A stretch of 64,000 nucleotides of DNA, from assembly GCA_025201805.1 (NCBI GenBank), contig MU619307.1, positions 76,268-140,267 of the forward strand, in the 5' to 3' direction. This stretch comes from Parasitella parasitica NRRL 2501 (lineage: Eukaryota; Fungi; Mucoromycota). The position numbers and the translations under genes were made by a program. Under the pieces are notes generated by a model. That model ran no database searches, had not been told where the DNA came from, and saw only the letters and a program-made list of their open reading frames with translations. How positions within the stretch are numbered: position 1 is the stretch's first letter; each line of letters opens with the position of its first letter. Positions 53,066 to 64,000 of this stretch are shown here, in pieces.

Positions 53066-53115
53066 TGGTTCCTGGTTGCTATGGGCAAAAGCATTTGGTG
53101 CCTGGTTGCTATGGG
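53066..53115. repeat. 20-bp direct repeat x2 with 30-bp period, X-box (RFX)-like
   Basis: TGGT[T/G]CCTGGTTGCTATGGG at 53066-53085 and 53096-53115. Confidence 0.7.
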
Positions 53116-53398
53116 AAAGTTGAAACTCAGTGCATGAATTTGATTCTTGTCATCTGCTCGTAGCTTTTCAATTGATTTTTGGTGCCAAAACAGTTTTTTT
53201 CAGTTTTTATTTTATTTTTGTTAAATCTAAGCATAAATACAGAACAAAAACTTTAATTTTACTTCTGTACATAATCAATAGTACCGATGCAACGGGAAAT
53301 TCGTGATTATTTATTTATCTTTATCATTCTAGGTATATATAGTAGGTCTATGCGTAAATATATACAAGCAGCAGGAGTGACACACGCATTTTTCCTTT

Positions 53399-56300
53399 TT
53401 AAAAACACATGAATTTCCTCTTTGATAAAACTTCTTCCAATTGTTTTTCTAGTTTCAATCTGGCGCGTTCAGCTTGTGCATATTTTTCCTTTTCTTGATT
53501 CAACTTATCTTGCAGATTCAACATGTCATCATGAGTTACCATTTCACTGATTTGTTTATGACAATCATTTAATTGTTTTTCCAATTCCAATAAAAAGGAA
53601 GAAGAGGGGCCTTGTTGTTGTGAAATAGCTCCCGATCCATCATTATTGTCGTTATTTTCATCAGATGATTTACCTTGTGTTGCCATGTTGGTTGCTTTGG
53701 CTGCTTTTTCCACTGCTTTGGATTTGGCTTCAGCTGTGTTGGCTCGAAGTATTGACATATCCGATCGTTTCCTTTCATTTATCAAAGTATCCATTAATTG
53801 ATGTCGATCGTTCAATTCGTACAGCTCAAGCAACTGGTGAACCAATTCTTCACTGAGTTGTAAATCTTCAATACGGTGTGTCATTCTGTCTATTTCTTTT
53901 TCTAATTCTGATGATAAAAGTGTGTATTCAGAATTTTCTTCTCGCAGTTGTTGTATTTGCATTTCATTTTTAGAACGATTTTCACGTAAACTCTCAAGCT
54001 CCCGTGTTAACGCGCTAATGGTTGTTGTATTTGTGTTTTGATCGTTGTTTGTGTTGATCAGCTGCTCTTGTTTCTTTTTTTCTTGTTGCTCCTGTTGCGT
54101 TTGTTTATCATCAGCAACATTTGTTATATTAGGATACGCCAACTGTGGTAATAGCTCATCGTGTCTATCATGTGTCGTTTTGGTAGTAGTAATACTTGTA
54201 ATACCAGATAACATCTCGTATTGAAAATTTCGTTGTTTCTGATTAGCTGCCACCAATGCACCTGCGTTATCTGACATTTCTCTCTGATGTCGTATGCTTA
54301 GCTCAGTCAACAGTGCATCATGCTTGCCATTTAGTAAAGCTAATTTCGTGGCAAGATCTTTATTCTTGCTGATTTCATTTTGTAGCTGAATCTGCAGGGG
54401 AGATGCTTGGCTTTTTAATAGTGCTGAATTATTAGATTGTGCATTAGCAGTTTGTGATTCCAAAAGAGCAACCTTTTTTGATACACGGTCATTATTGTTG
54501 TTGTTGATATTGTTTTTTTGGGGCTGTTGTTCAAATGGTACTGAGGTTGTTTGTGACACTGACATATTCACTAATCTAGATTGTAATGCAAACAACTCTT
54601 CTTTGAATGCTCTCTCTTGTTCATGAAGGGCATTTGAAAGCTGCGAATTTTCATCTTTATAATCATTCAACTGAGCTTTCAAGTCACTGATGACTTGAAT
54701 TTGCTCGTCAATGTATATTTTGTGCTGAAACTTAACGTGAGACAGTTGGTCCATATGCAATTGCTTCAGTTCTTCTAAGGCTTGTAGTGAATGCGTTTGC
54801 TCTTTTAGGGTGCAGGATAGTTTTTCATTTTCATCTTTTTGCTCGTTCAATTCTGCTTGCATTTGTTGTAATATACGATGGCTGTTGCTCACCTTCTCAT
54901 CAAGGACAGTTTGATGGTGTTCATTGATATTAACTAGTTGCTCTTGATTGTCTTTTTTCAAATTTTGAATAGCCTGCTCTTGGTCTCCCAAAGCTGCAGT
55001 CAATTTCATGTTTTCAGACTTGTGAGCAACTATTTCAGCTTGAGCTTGGTTTAATAGATCTTGCCTATGATTGATCTTTTCTTGAACGTATTCTTCATGA
55101 TGAGCATTTACTTTCTTGAGTTGCTCAGCATGCAAAGTACGCAGATCCTGCAATTCCAGTTCCAATATAGTGATTTGCTCTTCTTGACTTTCAACCAGTT
55201 GTTTATGTTGTGATTGTATATAATCAACATTAGTTGAATGAGACAACGTTAGTCTCTCTAATTTTGCCTGTAATTCCTGACTCTGCTTTTGTGAGATTTC
55301 TGCTTGCTCCAACTTCACTTCTCGTAATCGCTGACTATGGCTGGACAAAATTTCTTGGTGCAAATCTTTTGCACCTTCTAATTCGCTTTCCAATCCTGAA
55401 ATTTGATCTTCTAGCTCGCAAATAGCGTCCTCATAATTCTTTGATAGAATTAAAACTTCTTTTTCATGATCTGCGTGCATTTGCTCTTGAACAGCTTTGC
55501 TCTCTTCTAGCTGTTGTGAAGCTCTTTCGAAATTTGCTGTTAATGCCGTTATATCTTTGCCATGATTGTTCAAGGCGGCTTGATGCTTGAGTTTAAAGTC
55601 ATCGAGTTCTTTTTGTAGTATGGAAATTTGAGTTTTTAGTTCCTTGCTGGATATGTCAAATTGTTGCGTCAACTGCATAATGTGTTCCTTGTGAGTTTCA
55701 AGTATTTTTTCCTGTTCCTGATAATTATTGGTTTGTGCACTTTTGGTCTGGTCTTCTAACTTTTGCTCCAATATCAATAGCTTTTGTAACGCCTTTTCTT
55801 TATCTAATTGAGTTTCCTCAAGCAATGTATTGATTTCCTTAATTTTTGCCTCCATACAATGCTCAGCAGCAGCAGCTAATTTGGATTGATGCTCATCTAC
55901 AAGATTTGCGTTGTCTTGCGTATAATTAGAGAATGCCGGGTCAAGTTTAGCAATGGTGTTGTTTTCGGGTATATCTACATTAGCAGCAGCAGAATCCTTT
56001 TCCAATAGCTGCAGCTTCTTTTGCAACCCATCATGAGTGATCTTCAAGACTGTCAGTGAAGCCAATGTTTCTGCCAGACGCTTTTGAAGGAAGCTTGATT
56101 GCTGGTTTGATTCGTCAAGCTGAGATTGTAAATCTGATAAACTTTCCTCGTTTTGCTCAAGCCGCAATATATACTGCTCTTTGTCATCTAAATCAAGCAC
56201 TAACTTCTCTATATCTTGTTTTAATCCATTATGAGCTAACTTCCAGTGCAATGATTGCTTCTTTTCAGCAGCCAAGCGCGCTTTGAGTTCTTTTTGAGGA

Positions 56301-59300
56301 TCGCCGTTTTCGGTTTCTCGTGTGCAGGAGGGCACATTTAATTTTTCAAAAACCTGATCTGCCTCTCTTGTAGTCTCCTGGTCTGATTCCGTACACTGTA
56401 GCTGAAAAATTCGATCATTAGCAGTGGCTAGTTCTTTCTCCAGCTCCTGAATGCTTTGTCTTGCAATATCGAACTCAGAATCCTTGATAGCCATCTGTTT
56501 AGTGTAAGACTGAAGGCGATGCTGAAGACCTTGAATTTGGTTTTCAAAGTTTAGCTTCTCTTGCTCATACTTGTCTTTTTCTTTAGCCTGTGCTATTTCT
56601 TTGCCTAAATCTAACGATTTACAAACACTGGGGGGTTGCACAATTGCTGAAGAAGACTCTCTCTCCATAAACTCCAGTTGCTCTGATGTTTCATGATAAC
56701 GTTGTAAAACATCATCCAGCTCTTTGACGGTTTCTTTATGATCATGTTGCAAACGGTCCAGTGTTAATTGTAAGCGGTTAGCTCTGTCAGCTTCTTCTTT
56801 TAGACGTATCTCGGCTTGCAGCAAATTTAATGCAGCTATAGAGGACGCTGTTTCGGTCTCATCTGCAAAGCTTTTGCGATTTTTGGATATTTCTACATTA
56901 TTGTGCATTGAAGATCGTCTGCTTTGTAGTTCATCTTGCAATAAAGTATCGTTAATTTTGGTGGTGTCTTTGTTGCTTCTGGACTCGACAAGACTATGGC
57001 TGCTCATACGACGATTTTCATTCTGCAACTGACTAATTTGCAGTTGTAGAGAATCTCGTTCTTCTTCCAAATCCTTGTATTTTGCATTGATTTCGTCTAA
57101 TTCTTTCAAAATCAGTTTTTCGGTGCTTGTGTTAGATGCAGTTTTGGATAGTCGTCTTAATAGCTCTACGTTGGTGCGTTCCTTTGCTTCAATCCTAGTT
57201 TCAAGATCCTCTACAGACGCTTGAAGACGAGCACGCTCTACTTCTCCTGCGGCTAATCTCTGTTCCAACTCGATTATGTATTGCTCCGTGTTTTCATCTG
57301 TCTCTTTGAACTTCATTATGCGATTCTTAAGTTCGTTGAGCATATCCTGATCTCTGGTCGTTTCCTTTGCAGAATTCATTAGCTTCGACTCTAATTCTTG
57401 AATGTAGCTTTCGTTACTATGCTCACGCTCCAACACTTTACTGAGACGTAATCGTAATTCAGTGATGCTCGACTCTTGGGTGCGAATAAACCCCTCCAAT
57501 TGCCCAATTTTGACTTGTTGTTCTTCATACCCCGTATCAGAATGATGTAGAGCAGCTCTTGCTAATGCCAATTGTGATTCAAGCTTAGCGACGCTTTTTT
57601 CGTACTCTTCAATGACAGGTTCGACTAAATGTTGAAAATCCACTTGCTCTTCTTTATTAGACCGCGTCATAGATTCCAGTAATCGAACACGCTGCAACTC
57701 TTTCTCAACGATGCGATTTCTTTCGCGTGTCACTGATGCTTCTCCATCGAGCTCTTCCAATTGTCTCTGTAGATCAGAGATCAAGAGCCGCTGTTCATGA
57801 TAAGTATCTTCTAACGAGGGTGACGTGTTTGAAGAAGATGTACTTGATATATCGTCCAGTATAATGTCTTCATTGCCAGGAGTAACAGATATGTGCGGTT
57901 GATTTGCTGTCGATTTACCGCTACTGTGTATTTTCAGATAATTCAATTCGTTTTTTAGCTTCGCAATCATTGTACGCAATAGTTCAATGTTTTCTGTAGT
58001 CATCCATTCTTCAACTTGATTCTTTTCGGATCGATTTTTGATGTTTCGCGCACGATTTGCGTATTGCAGCGTGTTTAGTGTTTCAGCCAAATTATACTCT
58101 ACAGGACTAGCGCAGGCAATCATTAACGTAGTAGCACTTCCACCTAAAGAATCTTGTAATAACCGTGTCAATTTGGAGTCTCTGTAAGGCACATGCGGAT
58201 TCTTTTTAGAAGGATCTCCTAATGCAGAAATAACGTTGCCTAAAGCAAGTAGACCTGCATTAATATTAATGCCTTCCTTCCGACGATCGCCTTCTGCTGC
58301 AGTCCTTTTTAGCTATAGGCACGGAAATGAGTCCAACTGTCAAGTCATAGAATACTGTACATGTGTGTATATACTTACTCTTTCACTACCAGCTAAATCA
58401 ACAAAATGAAATTTAGATGTAGTAATGAGCCATTCACCTTCATCGTGTTGCTGGCTATTCTGAGAAGTATTGAATAATCGCGAATTTGACATTGGCGTAC
58501 TAGATCGCATGCTTAGGGAGCTTGCAGGTCTTGATTTTTTGGAGCTCTCCGAGGTGGCTGAAGGAATCCATTTTTCTTGCTTCAATGAGACTGAAAAAAT
58601 AGCATGAGATCGGGATGATTTTTCGTTCATGTCTGTTGCACCAGTTGCCCTGTTTTGAGTACCTTGCTCCAGATAACTATTACAGAATGATATTAAAATT
58701 CTGCTAGTGTCTTATGGTTTTGTTTACAATTCATCCTACTATAAAACATCATCTGTGCTGTTTACTAGCACTTCTTTTACGCCAGTCCAATATATTCTAC
58801 CTTTTGTATCTTCACGGATTGTGATAGGAGGTAGCTCTTCGATCGGAGCGGTATTGAGTAAATCATGTAGATCCTCATTGTAGATTTCAATGAACGATAC
58901 CTTCACGGTGAATTTAGAATTGTGTTGGCTATGGTTGCTATTGTTGCTATGGTTGCTATGGTGAGCATGAGGGACGTGGCTGCTACGGTTGACTACTTTT
59001 GATTTAGGTCTTAGCCGACTGCCGCTTTTCGTCGACGCAGAGGTAGACGATGAAATAGATGTTGTAGGGGAAATAGATCTGCTGGATAAATTGTTGCTGT
59101 TTAATAAATCAAACAGTAATGCCATCGATCTGGGTACAATGCCTTCATCGAATGAATTTATCCCATTGCTATTTGCTGCTGTGCCCATAGTGTAGGTCTT
59201 TCCGGAAGATGTTTGACCCTATATATAGATATATATCCAATTTGTAAATGACACTAAAATACAAGTTTTTTATATGCAATATTTACATAGGCAAGAATTG

Positions 59301-59732
59301 TGATGTTATAACCTATATTTACAACCAATTTACTAAATACACTTCCCCTGAAAAAATCAAAAAAAAAAAAAAAAAAACCTGCTAACCTTCTATGAATTTT
59401 CGAATCAAGCTGTCGCCCAATGCTGTAAATATCTCTTCTTGAGTACTCGTTGTTCCAAATACATGGTCAAATGTGAAGAGCTTATTTTGAGGCACAATTT
59501 GGACAGTCTTATCATGTATTTTCAGAACATCGTCATTCGCAATATTGGCGAAACGAGGTTGATTGCGGTCGCGGTTGGTTAACGGTCTGATTCGAAGTGC
59601 TATAGTGCATGCATTTCAATTTGTTAGAATGAATAGTGTCTCAAACATTACATGTAGGTCAACAAACATATACTTGCCTACTTGAACTGCTGTTGTAGTT
59701 GCAGCTGTAATCGCATTGCTGTCTTTAACCAT
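53399..59732 (-). CDS. Kinesin-4 family (KIF4/KIF21/KIF27-like) motor with long coiled-coil tail
   Basis: Spliced motor: [75 protein letters not shown] and [17 protein letters not shown]. First intron is GC-AG; protein ends KRKFMCF. Confidence 0.93.
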
Positions 59733-60539
59733 CTTTTGGTATGATATGTTGTGTATGAATGGTAGACCCAACTTTTGCTGCAATTTTGTGAACTACAACA
59801 ACCCTAAAACTGATTGTTTATCAATCGGAGATTGTTGGATGTAATGGTAAGGAAGAAAGCGAGAAAAAAGAGAAAGAGGGATAATATAATTATCGTAAAA
59901 AACAGTTTTTGGCTGAGGTTTAACAAGTGATGACACAAGGAAGTGTGTTACAATATTGATCTTCATATAACCACTACCATGAGAAACGCACATACACGTC
60001 TATGCACACACAAAATATATATAATTAGGCCAAATGAATATTTGCAGCAGAGACGGCAGTATCAATTAGTTTCTGTCTGCTTCTAATTAAAAATTACAAG
60101 ATGTATTTATAATGAAGATGCAAGCGCCCCTTTCACCCAAACAATTAATACAATTACATTAATAAATACATCAGTGCGGCATTGTACAAGTGCATTGTTA
60201 GAAACAGCACCTTGATCTGCGCAAGTTTTCTTTTTGACTTTGTCTTGGGGCTTTGGTTGAAACATAATGAAAGTTCTTGTAAGATGCATAAAATGTTGTC
60301 TTTTAATACAATGCTAATCTAGAAGAAAGTGCAGAGAGTGGAGGGCATGCACAAAAAATAAAAAGATGCTCGAAACAGAGCGTCTTTAATTTAAAGTGTG
60401 GTGATTGCATTAATCAACGTATGCGGCCTACTCGCTGCCAAAGCATTTTATCTTGGGGCATATGTGTTTTCAGACACTAACCAACAACAGATTTATGGCT
60501 ATTATGCAGATGTTTTAACAAAAGGAGACTACTAATTTA

Positions 60540-61706
60540 CTAGGATAACTTACACTTCTTGTTGGAAATTTTGTCTTTCTTCTTCTTTTCAAGCTTCTTG
60601 CTGGCGTACAGCAGCTCTGCACGGCGCAATAATTGAGTGTAAAGGTTCAAACGGTTCATAATTCCTTGATTCTTTAGAGGATTCTTCTTTTGAACAAATG
60701 GTCTTTTTGTATACTTGGCCATTGCGGGACGAACAACAGACTGAATTTCATCAGAATTGATCAAACGAGATACATCAGGATTAGTCATGATATTATCTGG
60801 AAGTTGATAATCCTTCTTCATTGATGAAGGAGTTTCGTAAGTGCCATACAACTCATCTAAATGAGTAAAAGCACTCTCTGTCCAGATGATAAAACGACCA
60901 AGATGACCGCCAGGAGCTATTTGCAACACATTCAAATGACGGACATTGACCACTTCAACTCCAGGAATATTACAGAAGGCTCTGACGAGACCATTATTTT
61001 GATTATAGGCAATTAAAGGACCACAACGTGATGGAAATGACAGTTAAGTAGCTTTCCCTGACTTGCACGCATTTTGCGAGAACGCATAACCTTTTCAACA
61101 TCATTATACGCATGGATAGACTTGAGGGTTTCAACAGCCTCTTTTGTGCAAACCAAGGATTCAATTTTGTCTTCTACAACAAGAGGAATTTCTTCAATTT
61201 TACTAATTCGATGACCACGAGCCATAATAAGAGAAGGGAGGCCAGATGCAGCCAAAGCAGATACAGTAGCAAATCGTCTTTGGTTTACATTGATCTTGAC
61301 ATGCCACTGGCGCATAACTTTGGTAGGGGTAAACATACGGCCTCCACGACACATGTTGCCAAATGCTGCTTGTCCTGCACGACGAGTACCCGAACCATTG
61401 ACTCGAGGAATACGAGCAACTGCTCGCCCAGTACCCCATGAACCAGCAGAGGATTGTTCACCAGACTTGTCAGAAACAGCATATGTTTGACGCTTATTCT
61501 TGGCCATATTTGTGTGGACAAAACGAATAATGTCAGGGCGAATAAGGGCTCGATAGGCGGAGGGAACAGGAATAGCATTTGTAACCATGTCACTCTTTTG
61601 AACAGAATAAACATTAATCACAGGTCTACTAACAGCTAAAGGATACTTTTCGGATATGAGTATATGCGCGTGTATAGTTCAGTGTATGTCTATTGATATT
61701 TACCAT
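60540..61706 (-). pseudogene. RPL4: 60S ribosomal protein L4 (uL4) paralog, frameshifted
   Basis: WGTGRAVARIPRV, AFGNMCRGGRMF, LQIAPGGHLGRFIIWTESAF and LINSDEIQSVVRP. One-nt deletion near 61030; several conserved Arg changed to Cys/His; 5' intron 61636-61703 retained. Confidence 0.85.
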
Positions 61707-62039
61707 GTATTTACTATTAGTCGATGTTGGTTACGGTTCTGTTTATTCAAATTGCTATATTTTTCTCCTTTAACAATAAATCATAATGCAATGATTTAGC
61801 GTCCAGCAAAACTTGATTTTTCGGGGAGCTGAGGAGTGGTAAGGGGCGTAGTCGTTGAGTGGTCAAATTATGGTTTCAGATCAATCTGATAAGATATGGA
61901 ATGTGTAGCTTGGGTTTTGAAAACGCTTGTTTATTTAAATGTAACAAGAGGTATTGTTAAATTCAAAGGGATCAAAATCGGCGTACCTGAAATCAATGGC
62001 ACAGGCATTGCGGAAATGCCACCCAATAAATGATCAGCA

Positions 62040-62165
62040 TCAATGTGATCTTTGGATGACAGTAGAAATATATGCATTCCAACCTAATGCGACAACGTTT
62101 GTCATCATTAATCGATAATTCAATAGTGTAAAATAAAAGTTGGCAACTTGAACTGCAGGCCAAAT
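62040..62165 (-). pseudogene. Orphan terminal exon of an Mpv17/PMP22 (SYM1) family gene
   Basis: After a polypyrimidine tract and TAG acceptor: IWPAVQVANFYFTLLNYRLMMTNVVALGWNAYISTVIQRSH*. Matches the Mpv17 WP..Q..NF...YRL...N.VA..WN.YLS signature; no upstream exons recognisable. Confidence 0.75.
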
Positions 62166-62624
62166 CTATAGAATAAAGATAAATTAAAAAAAATAAACGC
62201 ATAATTAAATATAAACCATGCCTTGAAAGCAATTATCGGTGTATATTTATATAGCAGACTAACATCGGAATAATATATACCAAGAATAATGTTGATTTGA
62301 CAGTTTCTAAACGCTTTATGCATTCATCTACCAGAAAAACCGATTATAGATGCCATCTACTTAATGTTCTGATGGCCAAGCCAGTTTTGGCCCTGCAATC
62401 CTGAGAGGATTCAATCTGATTGAAATAAATAAACGCGGTGTTAGTATCAGTGTCGTGCCAAACAAGCGTAATATGCTCACGTTCTCTGATAGTTTTATAG
62501 CATTTGAAGAGTGCCTTTTTTTGTTTCGAAATATTACTACAGAGAATGGGCGTGCTTCTACAAAAATTGAAATGTATTTGGTGCACTTTTAATTCTTTTT
62601 TCATCACAAGTTTTACTTTATTCT

Positions 62625-63807
62625 ATGGACCAATTTATTTTTGAAGATAGATGTGGAAATCTCTGCGATGAGCAGGGCGCATCAGTTGCTGTTATTGACA
62701 TGGAAGATGACAAGGATGAATACCCTTTGGCCAATATAACCAACTTTGGTGAATATATGGACCTGAAGCCACCAGAAAAGCCAATTAAGATAAGTAAGGC
62801 AAAACAAGAGGACTAAAGTATAAAACGGGAGATACCGAAAAAAAAAAAAGACATCGCTCATACAGGAGTGAAGATAAAGCCTTGTTTTTTTTTCGTTTAT
62901 GAGAAGCAACTGAGCATTCGCGCAGCCTGTAAAATGGTCAAAATTCCCTCCCAGCACTGGTCAAAGCTGGTACAATAAGGGCGTGGAGAGTTTGGAGAAA
63001 GATCACAGAAAAGAAGTCAGCTTGGCTGGAAGGCCACCCAAGCTTCATGAAGAGCATAAAGAATTTTTGATCAGCATGGTAGATGAGAAACCAGATCTGG
63101 GTTTGGATGAAATGATGGAGCAATTAAGCGCTCAGTTTACAAATCTCAGGATCCAGAAATCTGCTTTACACGAGTTTCTTACTGAGAAATGCCAAATTTT
63201 TCTTAAAAGGGCTCACTTCCACCCTGTAGAGCGAAATAGTCTCACGAAGATTGAAGAGAGATACAATTAGGTCAAACAATTGCAAGAAACCGACATGGAT
63301 TTTGTAAGCAATTGCGTCTTTATTGATTAGGCAGCATTTCATATCAATATGAAGCGCAACTATGCATGATCAGGTAAAGGAAAGAGGGCTATTGTAACTG
63401 TCCCCAAAACTCGGGCAAAAACTACAACAATCATCGGGGCCACCTTTGGCATTGTTAACGTTAAAGTAAAGCTTCCAAAAGTTATAGCACCCTCAAAAAA
63501 AAAAAAAAAAAAAAGAAAAGCTACAAATGGCCCTGTCCAAACCCAATCAGGTAAGGGAGGAACTGTCACTGGGCATTACTTCAATTTTCTCGCGAGTGCC
63601 TTAGATGTGATGGATAAACATGAGGAGTTTAAGGGCCACTATTTGATCATGGACAATGCCCCTACCCACAAAAACAAAGACATTCAGTTGTATATTGAAA
63701 GCAAAGAATATAGGCGCATCTATTTCCCATCTTACTCTCCTGAGCTCGATCCAATCGAGCAGTTTTGGTCTATAGTAAAAAGCAAACTTAAAAGAGTGGT
63801 GCTTTTG
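62625..63807 (+). mobile_element. Dead Tc1/IS630 transposase (HTH plus DD34E) with multiple stops and frameshifts
   Basis: AGRPPKLHEEHK..., NCVFID*AAFHINMKRNYA*S, VPKTRAKTTTIIG and MDNAPTH...YFPSYSPELDPIEQFWS; similarity ends abruptly at about 63807. Confidence 0.9.
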
Positions 63808-63810
63808 CAC

Positions 63811-64000
63811 TATACCTTCTCAAAAAAAAAAAAAAAAATAATCTTGCAAGCAAAAGATCATACACTTAATAAAGAAGATTCACTTCTTAACCTTGCATTT
63901 TGTTTATTTTTTCGAACTTATGAATATATATAATTCTTGTGATATTGCACTACATCTTGTTTGAATCTTGGTATCTGTTACTTTTTTTTTTTTTTTTTTT
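63811..64000. mobile_element. Possible MITE inserted into the transposase (right end off-window)
   Basis: Starts TATACCTTCTC-A17 exactly where the transposase breaks; window ends in GTTAC-T(n), as expected for the complementary TIR. Confidence 0.35.

Noticed and set aside
50483-53398. TGACA sites upstream of the TALE gene as autoregulation
   Set aside because: A rough count is close to chance expectation for a 5-mer in AT-rich DNA.
58925-58962. GTTGCTATG repeats similar to the 53-kb motif
   Set aside because: Coding 9-mer repeat (His-Ser-Asn) in a kinesin loop; the similarity is probably coincidental.
1-64000. tRNA, rRNA or CRISPR arrays
   Set aside because: None recognised by eye; tRNAscan-SE and Infernal would be needed to exclude small RNAs.

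Overview
This is eukaryotic, AT-rich fungal genomic DNA with many short GT-AG introns and two 10-N scaffold gaps. Gene and transposon style suggest Mucorales (inference). About 14 apparently intact genes are present: MSS4 PIP5K (runs off the left edge), a Gfa/CENP-V Zn protein, a secreted thaumatin-like protein, an SPX phosphate transporter (Pho91/Pho87 type), a Mac1/Cuf1-type copper-fist TF, a tandem-domain protein of unknown function, NUP188, SRAP/HMCES, PNS1, a Zn2Cys6 TF, RNA14/CstF-77, a divergent RhoGAP with a (QA)n tract, a TALE homeobox gene and a kinesin-4. There are two accessory islands. At 6.1-9.2 kb, a Helitron relic is broken by a G-tract/hairpin-capped segment carrying an intron-containing serine-recombinase (resolvase)-like gene, with an 824-bp Tc1/IS630 element (perfect 28-bp TIRs, TA duplication) inserted just behind it. 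At 60.5-64 kb lie a frameshifted RPL4 paralog, an orphan Mpv17/SYM1 last exon, a dead Tc1 transposase and a possible MITE. The best candidate for an undescribed system is the spliced resolvase-like gene and its putative element. Gene models were spliced by eye and no searches were run.
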